Shown here piece after piece: positions 1-9,705 of a stretch of 64,000 bases of DNA; the stretch's first letter is position 1; every line of letters starts with the position of its first letter. The stretch spans positions 142,350-206,349 of the forward strand of contig JBIIMS010000005.1 in NCBI GenBank assembly GCA_044337875.1, written 5' to 3'. The position numbers were made by a program, and so were the translations under genes. Under the pieces are notes generated by a model. It was given only the letters and a program-made list of their open reading frames with translations. It had not been told where the DNA came from and did not search any database. Origin of the DNA: Gemmataceae bacterium. Its GTDB lineage: Bacteria > Planctomycetota > Planctomycetia > Gemmatales > Gemmataceae.

Positions 1-857
1 TCGGTAATCAACTTGCTTTTTATTCCGAGAAGATCTACAACTTCTTTGACAATACCCTTGTTGTTCTTGGGTGCGCTGAAGTACCAGTTATCTAAAAAGC
101 TTTCAAAACTATTGGTGGCATCAGGCCGGCCAAGGTTTAGGTAGCGAAAAGCTTCCCACTGGCTGGGATCACGCTCCAACATTTTAAAAATATGAATCGC
201 AACAACTCGATTGCGAACACGAAGATGGGGATCAGCTTTTAGGGCGGGACGGTTATCACTAAACCACTGGGGCATTTTATCTACGCCTGGTATCTCGGTA
301 TCTTTTAACATTTTATCAAGATACTCTTTAAGGGCGGGCGCAAAACTTTTCCAATTCATATAAGGTGGATCAGTCTTCCATGTTTCTGCCATTCGCCCTA
401 ACACAAATAATGAAGCCACCTCAGCTACAGTTTCTTCAAACCACTTATTCTCATTCCCAATCTTATTATCGTTTATGCGTTCATAATGAGAAACAATATG
501 GCCAAGTTCATGACCAAACTGAAAAGCAAACTGCGCCCAAAAACGCCCACGAACAGATAACCTGACAGTGTATTCCCCATTTGCCGCACGTTTGAAATCA
601 ACTTGAGGCACAGTATCTGAAGCTACAACATGAATGTGGATGATCTTGTTCTGCGGAATATGCTTCAGCAACTCCCGACCTGTAGATTCGAGAACCCTTC
701 GAATATCTTCTGGCGATGCACCACCCCATTCCCCAGCTTCTATTCGAAATACCAATTGTTCAGATATGGGAATTCCTTCAGACGGGAATGCGAGTGCACC
801 CATGCTTGCAAAACATAAAATGAATGCAAGACTGAGAAGGATAATTTTATGTTTCAT
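1..857 (-). CDS. Secreted HExxH-motif protein (putative zinc-metallopeptidase-like); C-terminus lies beyond the left edge
   Basis: Not in the ORF track because it is open at the window edge. Reverse-strand ATG at 857-855, with no stop down to base 1. Translation begins MKHKIILLSLAFILCFASMGALA (signal peptide) and contains FQFGHELGHIVSHYE (HExxH). Confidence 0.55.
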   Translation of the reverse strand, partial: MKHKIILLSLAFILCFASMGALAFPSEGIPISEQLVFRIEAGEWGGASPEDIRRVLESTGRELLKHIPQNKIIHIHVVASDTVPQVDFKRAANGEYTVRLSVRGRFWAQFAFQFGHELGHIVSHYERINDNKIGNENKWFEETVAEVASLFVLGRMAETWKTDPPYMNWKSFAPALKEYLDKMLKDTEIPGVDKMPQWFSDNRPALKADPHLRVRNRVVAIHIFKMLERDPSQWEAFRYLNLGRPDATNSFESFLDNWYFSAPKNNKGIVKEVVDLLGIKSKLIT

Positions 858-917
858 GCAAACGCTCCGCCGCTGGTTTATAGCAACCAACAACAAAATT
901 TAGAAAACGTTGGCTGA

Positions 918-1508
918 TTACCTTTCTTTATAAATGATATCCACTGCGAGGCCCGCTGCTAGCATTAAAATAGCCTTAGCGGGTGAAGGTTCATCATTTA
1001 AGGCGATAATGTAATTATCTGCAGAGGTGAACATTTCTTTTCCTACACCGGCCCACTTCTTAGTAATTGTGCCTATCTCGTTTTGTTCTCTATCAAGAAA
1101 TTTAAAAGTCCATCCAACCCAATTTCCCTGCACAAACGCAACTTCATTTCCTGAAGAATCGTAAACATAAAACGCTCCTCCAATGGTAAATAATTTGCTT
1201 TTAAGCCAGCCCAGCACTACTCCATTGGCGTCACATATATCCACCTTTGATCTGAGGAATGTGACGCCCCTTTGAATAGAAAACAATAGCCTTGATGGAT
1301 CATCAAAATCGGACCCTTCATAGACAAAAACCTTCGTAGGAAGGATTCTTTTTTCCACTAGGAAACGCAATACATGAACGAGCGTTCCGGGCTTTTCCTT
1401 GGCAATTCCTAATTGGTTATGGGTTTCGGGGTCAAGAATATCATAAGTATCGGAAAGCTTGAACACCCCGACATGCTCTCTAATAAAATATGTTTTACGG
1501 CTTAACAT
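918..1508 (-). CDS. Scramblase / LURP-one-related (tubby C-terminal-like) family protein
   Basis: 196-aa ORF. The length and pattern (repeated beta-strand segments, ...FTSADNYIIAL..., C-terminal hydrophobic helix ILMLAAGLAVDIIY) match my recollection of the bacterial scramblase/DUF567 family. Confidence 0.45.
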   Translation of the reverse strand: MLSRKTYFIREHVGVFKLSDTYDILDPETHNQLGIAKEKPGTLVHVLRFLVEKRILPTKVFVYEGSDFDDPSRLLFSIQRGVTFLRSKVDICDANGVVLGWLKSKLFTIGGAFYVYDSSGNEVAFVQGNWVGWTFKFLDREQNEIGTITKKWAGVGKEMFTSADNYIIALNDEPSPAKAILMLAAGLAVDIIYKER

Positions 1509-1754
1509 GATCTCACCTTTTATTAAATGTACATCGCTTACACGAGTCTTTGTGCCTTTGTGATAAGACCTTCATTAAATAATCACAATCCACCTATCAT
1601 CTACAATTCAAAATTAACTTATCTCAGTTGATTTTAAACTAAAAGTCTGACTATTAGTGTTATAATCTTGATGTTGTTTTGAGATTAGAAATATACAAGT
1701 GTTAAGGTAATGCTTATCAGTTTCAAAACACAAGTAATTTAAGAGAATAATGAA

Positions 1755-1985
1755 ATGAATTTATCAAAATTAGCAGAGATGCTTGGACATGTTTGTTTTT
1801 TCGGAGGCTTTGCCAGCATTATTGGCTCTATCGCTATCTGGTATTTAAAGACCAATGGCGTTGAATCCTCAGAGCTAAAAGCTCATGGCGAAAGATTTGG
1901 TATTTTCGTGGGCCTATGGGCACCCACATTTTTAATTCTTAGCCACAGGCTATCCCACTTCGCCAAGGAATCATCAGGTAAGTAA
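1755..1985 (+). CDS. Small membrane protein, unknown function
   Basis: 76-aa ORF with two hydrophobic segments (VCFFGGFASIIGSIAIWYL and FGIFVGLWAPTFLIL). No recognisable motif. Confidence 0.3.
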   Translation: MNLSKLAEMLGHVCFFGGFASIIGSIAIWYLKTNGVESSELKAHGERFGIFVGLWAPTFLILSHRLSHFAKESSGK

Positions 1986-2278
1986 GCTTAGTCATCAGGT
2001 AAGCATTACTTGCTTTATTGGTTATATGACCACCCTTAAAAACATTACGTTATATTAATGGTGGTTCTTTCATTAATTTTTTGGTGCAACCTTATTTGCA
2101 AAAGCGAATTAGTCCAGCAACAATATCACTAAGCTTTTCTAAATTTTATGGATCCAAATTAAATAAAACGGATTCTTGATCTTACGATCGAACCTTCATT
2201 TAGCCACATCATTTCCAACTTCAATCCTGATCGTTAAACCCATTTGACATTCAAGAAAAAGTGAAGTTTAATTAAGGC

Positions 2279-3370
2279 ATGAAAACAATAGTCTTATTAT
2301 GTGCGCTTGCAATAGCACTTGCGGCATCGGAAAACCCCATCAGCCTTAACCCACAACAACGCACCAAGTTGATGGAGCTAATTAAAACCGACAAAGAGGC
2401 CAAGGCTCGTTTTGAAACCTTAAAACGCGCTGCGGACAAAGCACTTAATGATAAGCCAAATCCTATACGGGTCATCCAAGGCGAAGGTAAACTTAAGACC
2501 GATCCTCTTGCAATCAAGACACGCGAAAGCCTTGCTGATATGCGAAAAATGTATTTCTTCGCTTACATTTTCGCTGCAACAGGCGATACCCAATACGCTG
2601 ATAAGGCACGCGAATTCATACTGGCTTGGTCGCAACAAAATATGCCAACGGGTAACCCAATCGATGAAACCACGCTCGATGATCTTTTCTTCGCTTTTGA
2701 TCTCACACAATCCCAGTTTTCCCCCGCAGAGAAAAAAATAGCCCAGACCTGGATTCGCAAAGTGGCAGACACTCAAATTGCCATTGGCTTGATGCATGCA
2801 AGAAAAGGTGATGGCATATCTAAAAATAATTGGCAAAGTCACCGCCTTAAAATCGTCGGGCTGATTGGCTATACCCTCTCAGAAAAGAAATATATCGATT
2901 ATGCAGTTGAAGGATTCAAAAGGCAGATCGAGGTAAATCTCAGGCCTGATGGGTCAAGTATTGATTTTCACGAACGCGATGCATTGCATTATCACTGCTA
3001 CGATATCGAACCTTTGCTGGAACTTGCGATAGCGGCCAATAACAATGGAACCAATCTTTATACCTACAAATCAAAAAGTGGTGCATCATTGGAAAAATCC
3101 GTCAAGTTTCTTATGCCTTTTTGTTCGGGTGAGAAAAAACATCCCGAGTTTGTCAAATCAACTGTAGCGTTCGATCGCAAGCGCGCTGAATCAGGGGATG
3201 AGAACTATAAAGCTGGCCATTTTTTTGATCCAAAAAAAGGCGGGCACTCTTTAGAACTTGCTGCAGCGTTTGAAAAAAATATTTCAGAAATGTACTGCCA
3301 AGCTACTGCCCGTACAACGTCGATTTATCCATCCTGGCAATTTGTAATTAACGCTGCCCGCGATAAATAA
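2279..3370 (+). CDS. Secreted alginate-lyase-family (alpha/alpha-toroid polysaccharide lyase-like) protein
   Basis: Signal peptide MKTIVLLCALAIALAAS. The KNNWQSHRL segment resembles the NNHSYW-type motif of the alginate lyase (PF05426-like) fold. Helical-repeat composition. Confidence 0.45.
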   Translation: MKTIVLLCALAIALAASENPISLNPQQRTKLMELIKTDKEAKARFETLKRAADKALNDKPNPIRVIQGEGKLKTDPLAIKTRESLADMRKMYFFAYIFAATGDTQYADKAREFILAWSQQNMPTGNPIDETTLDDLFFAFDLTQSQFSPAEKKIAQTWIRKVADTQIAIGLMHARKGDGISKNNWQSHRLKIVGLIGYTLSEKKYIDYAVEGFKRQIEVNLRPDGSSIDFHERDALHYHCYDIEPLLELAIAANNNGTNLYTYKSKSGASLEKSVKFLMPFCSGEKKHPEFVKSTVAFDRKRAESGDENYKAGHFFDPKKGGHSLELAAAFEKNISEMYCQATARTTSIYPSWQFVINAARDK

Positions 3371-3390
3371 TTTATATTTTAGGACAACCG

Positions 3391-5091
3391 TTGAGCCAAG
3401 ATATTACCCTTAAAACACCAGAAATTCAAAATCAAAATCGTAGGCATGACTTGGATGCCTTGCGTGCATTTGCCATGTTTCTTGGCATTGGATTGCATGC
3501 ATCCTTAAGTTTTGTTTCACTTCCCTGGCCTGTTCAGGATATTACACAACCTCCCATTTTTATTTTTTTCATAGTACTCGTTCATGGCTTTCGAATGCCC
3601 CTGTTTTTTCTGCTGAGTGGTTTTTTCACCATGATGCTTTTTCGCAAAAGAAATATCAAATCATTGATTTTACAAAGAATACTCCGCATTCTTTTGCCCT
3701 GCTTGATTGGGTGTTTCACCATTATTCCGCTATTAGGTTATGTTTCAAGAGAAACAGTCAAAGCCGGTTCGATAAGTGTGCACTTGGATGAAAATTCGCT
3801 TGCAGGGGCAATCCGCAAAGGCGACAGAAAAACCATCAATATATTCCTTATCAACCCAAATGAAATTGAAAAACCTGACAAAAGATTAGGCGTAACACCC
3901 CTTTCATGGGCTGCAATGATAGGAGATCTCGAAACAGTTTCCGAATTAATCAAGCTAGGGGCAGATGTAAATTCAACTAACAAGGATGATACGACCGCAC
4001 TGCATGGCGCAGCTTTTTTAGGCAGAGATGCAATTGTAAAACTACTTTTATTTCATGATGCCAATACCAGCAAACGCAGCAAAGCAGGCTTCACCGCTCT
4101 GGAAGGTACTTTTGCAGATTCCAATACCACAACCTTAATTTTGAATGTTCTTGATATTCAACCACCCAACGATACTGATTTAACTTCAGGAAGAATTAGT
4201 GTTCGTAACAGATTATTGTTAAACCAGTTTTTAACCCCCGCTTCAAAAGACGAAGCTCAGACAATCGCAATAACCAACCCTAAAGAACAAAATGAATTTT
4301 ATAAACGGTATTACTCTTGGCTTACTTCATCTTTTTTCCAGATAAATTTCTTTAACAAACCAACGCACCTGTTTAAAACCAGTATTTTTAATCATCTCTG
4401 GTTTCTTTGGTTTCTCTGCTGGATGCTTCCATTATTTCTTGTTTTTTTCAATCTAGGATCCCTTTTATTTCGTAATTTAAATCCCAACACCATGCGCATC
4501 CTTAAAAAGGCGATGCTATATATTTTAATCCCAGCACCTTTGTTACCGCTTTGCCTCATGGGTGAAATACTTGGCCCTGATACTTATACCGGGATACTCC
4601 CACCCCCACACATGTTGTTTTATTACATGATCTTTTTCAGCTTCGGCTTGATCTACTTCGACTTAAATGATTCCGCCTGTAAACTCACACGCTTTTGGTA
4701 CATCATGCTGCCATTGGCTTTGTTCATGATTTTTCCTGCAGAGATTGTATTCAAGGACAACTTACCATTGAACCTTTTGATGCAAACACTCTTAATATGG
4801 AACATGGCATTTGGAATGATGGGAATGTTTCATGCACTTATCAAGAAAGAAAACATCTTCATTCGATATTTATCTGATTCTTCTTATTGGATTTATATTG
4901 TACATCTGCCTTTAGTCATAGTGTTGCAATTCCTCGTCAAAGAGTGGCCTACTAGTGCTTTATTAAAATTCCTACTGATCAATATTGCGACGATCACCTT
5001 GCTGCTTTTCAGTTACCATTTGCTAGTTCGTTCGACATGGATTGGATGGTTGTTGAATGGTCGAATGATGCCTTGGTTCCGTAAAGCTTAG
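3391..5091 (+). CDS. Acyltransferase family 3 (OpgC/OafA-like) membrane protein with an inserted ankyrin-repeat module
   Basis: TTG start 20 nt after the preceding stop. N-terminus RRHDLDALRAFAMFLGIGLHASLSF is typical of acyltransferase_3, and there are many TM helices. Residues encoded at about 3790-4110 carry ANK repeats (GVTPLSWAAMIGDLETVSELIKLGADVNSTNKDDTTALHGAAFLGRDAIVKLLLFHDAN). Confidence 0.65.
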   Translation: MSQDITLKTPEIQNQNRRHDLDALRAFAMFLGIGLHASLSFVSLPWPVQDITQPPIFIFFIVLVHGFRMPLFFLLSGFFTMMLFRKRNIKSLILQRILRILLPCLIGCFTIIPLLGYVSRETVKAGSISVHLDENSLAGAIRKGDRKTINIFLINPNEIEKPDKRLGVTPLSWAAMIGDLETVSELIKLGADVNSTNKDDTTALHGAAFLGRDAIVKLLLFHDANTSKRSKAGFTALEGTFADSNTTTLILNVLDIQPPNDTDLTSGRISVRNRLLLNQFLTPASKDEAQTIAITNPKEQNEFYKRYYSWLTSSFFQINFFNKPTHLFKTSIFNHLWFLWFLCWMLPLFLVFFNLGSLLFRNLNPNTMRILKKAMLYILIPAPLLPLCLMGEILGPDTYTGILPPPHMLFYYMIFFSFGLIYFDLNDSACKLTRFWYIMLPLALFMIFPAEIVFKDNLPLNLLMQTLLIWNMAFGMMGMFHALIKKENIFIRYLSDSSYWIYIVHLPLVIVLQFLVKEWPTSALLKFLLINIATITLLLFSYHLLVRSTWIGWLLNGRMMPWFRKA

Positions 5092-5543
5092 TGTAAAAGC
5101 ATAAATGCAAATGGCTTTAAATAATAATTCACTTAGTTAAATAAAATCCACAGGTTAGTTTCAAGCAACTCAGATTAATAGCTGTTAATCGTTCTACAAA
5201 ATGTAGATGCCAAAAAACGAATTACAATAATCTGATTTAATAACTTGTTTGGCAAATGCACTTCCCCTCTTCGGTAGGCTCGAGAATAAAACTCAAACTA
5301 AAATAAGTTATAATTTTTATACGATTGGTTTAATGTTTAACACTCGTTGGGTAATAAACATTCTGGGCTCATTCATTTCATTCGAAAAACTAATCTCAGA
5401 AATGGTCGCTTTTATAAAAATCACTTTTTTTGGCATGTTTAAGTTGCGAACACCGTTGATTAATAAGCAAGGTGGTATCGCCCAACATTCATTTCCTCTT
5501 TAGCGATGCCGCAATTTCACATTTTTTATTGAAAGGGTTAAAC

Positions 5544-8500
5544 ATGAGATTTTTACCACGAAATTGGTTTAAAAAGTTGATTTCTGCTTCAGGTTCAAAT
5601 TCCATTTCAAGAAAACACACTTCTCGTTTCAGGCCGGCATTGGAATTTATGGAAAATAGAGTTACCCCCAGCGCCAATCCTTTAGGGCCCCAATTTACTG
5701 TTTCTGATTCACAAGGTGCTGAGGCTGGGGCACCAAGTGTAGCTATTGTAAATCAAAATGGGGATTTTGTTGTTTCGTGGGAAAGTTTGGGAACAGATGG
5801 CAGCGGAATCGGGGTTTATGCCCAAGGTTTTATGGCTGATGGAACGCCCGTGGGTGCTCCGCAACTTGTCAACAATACGATTCAGGGAAATCAATCCCGC
5901 CCCTCTTTGGGAAGTGACGGCTTGGGGAATGTCATCATTTCTTGGCAAAGCCAAACTGATGGCGGGGATTCTTACGACATCATGTATAAGGCGGGAACCT
6001 TTGACGGAACTACTAATTTATCATTGGTCTCGGACGAATTGATGGTAAACACCGTTTTAGATGGAAATCAAACTAGGCCGACAGTAGCCATGGATAATGA
6101 AGGCAATTTCACGATTGCCTGGCAATCCGATCAAAATTCCACCGTCTCGGGAATCGATATTTATGCAAGGTATGGGAAGTTCGATTTGATGAGTGAAGGT
6201 ATGTTTATAAATGAAAATGATTTTGAAATCACTACTGCTGCTGGTGACCAGCAACAACCAACAGTTTCTATGGGTTTCAACGAAACTGATGGCGGCAAAC
6301 TTATTATTGCTTGGTCTGGGCCTGCACCGATACCGGTAATACTTCCGCTTCAAGGTGGTGAAGGAGAGGAAGGTGGCGGGGAAGACGATGGTGGAGAGGA
6401 AGAATCATCTATTGTGATCAGCGGAACACTTTATTCTTATTCTTCACCAATCAGTGAAATTAATCCCGTAGATGAAGCTCATACTTATTACCAACTAACA
6501 GATCCTAATGATACAGTACAAAAAGATCAGGTTGAACCAGCAGTTGCAATGAATTCCTCAGGCAATTTTATTCTTGCATGGCAGGCTGAAGGAAATGAAG
6601 GTTCTGGTTCTGATGTTTTTTCCATCAGGCTTGATAGCGCTGGAGATCGTTTAGATACAGCAAATATTCTTGTAAATACGCAAACCAAACAGCCACAAAG
6701 AACCCCTGCTGTTGGCATAGATGAAAGCGGCAATTACCTAGTTACCTGGCAAAGTCAGAAAACAGATGCGTTTAGCTGGGGAGTTGTGGGAAGGGCATTT
6801 AATTCAGATGGATCAGATGCCCGGGATGTTAATGATGTTCTTAGTTCCAACGATTTTTTAATCAATGTGAACGAAAAAGGTCCACAAACAACACCAACTA
6901 TCAGTATGGCACCAGATGGCAAAACAATTGTAGTTTGGGCCGGCCCGTTTGTACCTACCCATGGTGGAGAATCAGAGTCGGAAAGCACTGAAGAAGGAAT
7001 CGAAGGTAGTGGTGGGCATCAGCCTTCCTTGTTCGGAAGAATTTTTGACTCCGCAGGATCAGTCGACATAGAACCTGGTACCGGTGCATTGAATGTCAAC
7101 GGCTTGGAATTCCAGATTGCTGTCGTAGGTGCTGGGGAAGACACTCCAAATGCCGCCACGGCACTCTCTGATGGGAATTTTATAGTCGCATGGGCATCTT
7201 TTGAAAACCCCGAGGATGCCAGCGGTTATGGCATTTATGGTCAAATTGTTGCGCCCAATGGAACTCTTATTGGCGCTAAATTCCTGATAAACCAGACCAC
7301 TGTGGGTTACCAGACAAATCCTGTTGTAACCGCACTTCCTAATGGTGGCTTTGCAGTAGTTTGGCAAAGTGAAGTGAGAGGGGAATTAGAAAATGATCCT
7401 TCCGTGGAATCCATTTTTGGGCGGATATTTACAAATGATGGATCTGGAACTATCGTGGGTGGAGAGGAATTTTCTTGTATTCCGCCAAGTAAATCAGGAA
7501 ACCAAACTCATCCAACGATTGCCTCGGATTCTCTTGGGAACTTTATCGTTGCTTGGGAATCAGATGCCCAGGAAAGCGATGAGGATATTACCGAGATTTA
7601 TGCACAGCGCTTTTCAACAACTGGAACTGCAATAGGATCTATTTTCCGTGTAAATACAAATACTGACACTTCACAAGTATCTCCCAAGGTGGCAATGAAC
7701 GCTAATGGGCAGTTTGCTATTGCGTGGGTAAGTGACCACAATATTGCAAATGATGAAAACGATACGGAGAAAAGTATTTTTGTACGATGGTTTAACGCAG
7801 ACGGAGTAGCACCAAATCCTGAATTCCTTGCTACAGTCTATGTAAAAGATGCTCAGGAAGCCCCATCAATTGGAATTGATGCAGCAGGAGATATGGTTGT
7901 TGCTTGGCAGAGTATTAATCAGGCAACTGGAACCGGGCCATCTTGGGATGTGTTTGCCCGACAGTTTAGACCTGATGGTACATCGCCTCAGGCTCAAGAA
8001 TTCCAAGTAAATGAAACTTCTCCCAAACCACAAAGATTTGCATCCATTGGTGTGGATCAATTTGGTCGGTTTGCGATTGCTTGGCAGTCCATAGATCAGG
8101 ATGGTTCCAGTTGGGGAATTTATCAGCGACAATTCAGGGCGGATGCAACGCCTGAAAGTGGCGAAGAATTAGTAAATTCCGTTACCTCTGGCCCCCAAAT
8201 CCTTCCTGTTTATGCCCGAAATAGTACCGGGAATTATGGCGTTTTTTGGTCTGGGACTATGGGAGAAAATGTTGATGGCCTTGGTGGTAGATCCTATGGA
8301 ATCAATCAAGGCCCCAATGGCCCAAATATGGAAGGGCCAAATGGTCTGAATGGTAATGAACGAAGCCAGATAAAAGTTCCAATTCAAATATCCAAATCAA
8401 ATCAAGATCTTTTGGAAACACTTTCTGTTGTAATTTCTGGTGTTCCTGATGATGCTGTACTTTCTGCTGGAACCAAGCAGTCAAACGGGGAATGGCTGCT

Positions 8501-9617
8501 TACCCCGGAACAGCTTGATGGGCTTTCCATTGTTTTGGCCAATGAAGCTGCCATTACTTTAACGGTTGTTGGAATTGCAACAGAAGTTAAAACCGGCTTA
8601 CAGGCAAGCACCATTCTTTCAATTCCTTTGGTTGCCAATGATATTGATGGGAAAGGTCAAAATGGTAATTTTAATTACCTTTTTGTGGGAGGCTCTACAG
8701 TCAATCAATACGACTCCAATAATCAAGTAATCCGACAATTTGATGTCTTTCCTGGATTTACTGGAAGCTTGCAAGTTGCTTCAAGCGACATTACAGGGGA
8801 TGGCTACAGTGACTTGGTTGTTGGTGCAGGGCCGGGTGGCGGCCCTCATATCCGCGCATTTGACGGTTTAACAGGCGCTGAAATTTCCAGCTTTTTTGCC
8901 TATGATCCCTCTTTTCTGGGTGGTGTCTCCGTTTCGATTGGAGACTACAACGGTGATGGATTGGGCGAAATTATAACTGGGGCAGGTCCAGGGGGTAGCC
9001 CCCATGTGAAAATTTTCAACCCTTTCACAAGAGAGCCAATAGCCTCATTCTTTGCTTACGATTTAAGTTTTAAAGGGGGTGTCAGCGTAAGCTCGGCTGA
9101 TATTAATCAGGATGGTATTTTTGACATTATTACCGGGGCAGGCCCTGGAGGTGGCCCGCATGTCAGGGTATTTAATGGAAGTAATCTTTCTATTCTAAAA
9201 GAATTTTTAGCTTACGATCCATCTTTTACGGGTGGGGTATTCGTAAGTGCAGGAATAATTGGTATGGGGGCTATTAATAGTTCTGTTAATAGTGGTTCCA
9301 ATAGTGATTTTAAAATAATTACCGGGGCTGGCGCAGGAGGTGGCCCTAATGTAAAAATTTGGGATTATGAATCATTGAAGGTAGTTCGTGATTTTATGGA
9401 ATTCTCCGACCCTTCCTCAAATGGCAACGACTTGTTTGCAGGCGGAGTCAGGGTTGGAGTTTCCGATCTCAATAACGATGGTACACAAGACCTTATTACA
9501 GGTGCCGGCCCAGGCGGTGGACCACGCGTGAAAATTTATTCCGGGTTAGATTATGAAATATTGAATGACTTCTTTTCTGATGATCAAGATTACAAAAAAG
9601 GAATATTTGTAGGCTAA
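5544..9617 (+). CDS. Giant secreted surface protein: about 14 degenerate N-terminal repeats, a T1SS-143-like segment and C-terminal FG-GAP repeats
   Basis: The frame is open from 5472 (GTG), but ATG 5544 gives MRFLPRNWFKK...RFRPALEFMENRVTPS, a leader type I recall from large planctomycetal extracellular proteins. The repeated unit Q..P.VAM...GNF.IAWQS occurs about 14 times. The C-terminus carries at least 5 units such as DITGDGYSDLVVGAGPGGGPHIRAF (FG-GAP). Confidence 0.7.
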   Translation: MRFLPRNWFKKLISASGSNSISRKHTSRFRPALEFMENRVTPSANPLGPQFTVSDSQGAEAGAPSVAIVNQNGDFVVSWESLGTDGSGIGVYAQGFMADGTPVGAPQLVNNTIQGNQSRPSLGSDGLGNVIISWQSQTDGGDSYDIMYKAGTFDGTTNLSLVSDELMVNTVLDGNQTRPTVAMDNEGNFTIAWQSDQNSTVSGIDIYARYGKFDLMSEGMFINENDFEITTAAGDQQQPTVSMGFNETDGGKLIIAWSGPAPIPVILPLQGGEGEEGGGEDDGGEEESSIVISGTLYSYSSPISEINPVDEAHTYYQLTDPNDTVQKDQVEPAVAMNSSGNFILAWQAEGNEGSGSDVFSIRLDSAGDRLDTANILVNTQTKQPQRTPAVGIDESGNYLVTWQSQKTDAFSWGVVGRAFNSDGSDARDVNDVLSSNDFLINVNEKGPQTTPTISMAPDGKTIVVWAGPFVPTHGGESESESTEEGIEGSGGHQPSLFGRIFDSAGSVDIEPGTGALNVNGLEFQIAVVGAGEDTPNAATALSDGNFIVAWASFENPEDASGYGIYGQIVAPNGTLIGAKFLINQTTVGYQTNPVVTALPNGGFAVVWQSEVRGELENDPSVESIFGRIFTNDGSGTIVGGEEFSCIPPSKSGNQTHPTIASDSLGNFIVAWESDAQESDEDITEIYAQRFSTTGTAIGSIFRVNTNTDTSQVSPKVAMNANGQFAIAWVSDHNIANDENDTEKSIFVRWFNADGVAPNPEFLATVYVKDAQEAPSIGIDAAGDMVVAWQSINQATGTGPSWDVFARQFRPDGTSPQAQEFQVNETSPKPQRFASIGVDQFGRFAIAWQSIDQDGSSWGIYQRQFRADATPESGEELVNSVTSGPQILPVYARNSTGNYGVFWSGTMGENVDGLGGRSYGINQGPNGPNMEGPNGLNGNERSQIKVPIQISKSNQDLLETLSVVISGVPDDAVLSAGTKQSNGEWLLTPEQLDGLSIVLANEAAITLTVVGIATEVKTGLQASTILSIPLVANDIDGKGQNGNFNYLFVGGSTVNQYDSNNQVIRQFDVFPGFTGSLQVASSDITGDGYSDLVVGAGPGGGPHIRAFDGLTGAEISSFFAYDPSFLGGVSVSIGDYNGDGLGEIITGAGPGGSPHVKIFNPFTREPIASFFAYDLSFKGGVSVSSADINQDGIFDIITGAGPGGGPHVRVFNGSNLSILKEFLAYDPSFTGGVFVSAGIIGMGAINSSVNSGSNSDFKIITGAGAGGGPNVKIWDYESLKVVRDFMEFSDPSSNGNDLFAGGVRVGVSDLNNDGTQDLITGAGPGGGPRVKIYSGLDYEILNDFFSDDQDYKKGIFVG

Positions 9618-9637
9618 GTAAACTTAGATCTTTACCT

Positions 9638-9677
9638 AACCAAGCCGTGTGCTTTAAATCACATAGCTTGGTTTTTA
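9638..9677 (+). terminator. Rho-independent terminator candidate after the giant gene
   Basis: AACCAAGC (9638-9645) pairs perfectly with GCTTGGTT (9666-9673), with inner TGTG/CACA pairing. A T-run follows (9672-9676). Confidence 0.5.
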
Positions 9678-9705
9678 TACTTTAATGCATCGCCTAGAGA
9701 AGTAC

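Noticed and set aside
5472-5543. Upstream extensions offered by the ORF track for several genes (5472, 11616, 15460, 30157, 33205, 55611, 56181, 58585, 60974)
   Set aside because: In each case an internal ATG yields a proper signal peptide, lipobox or family N-terminus. Alternatively it avoids overlap with the preceding gene or terminator. The extensions add non-conserved residues.
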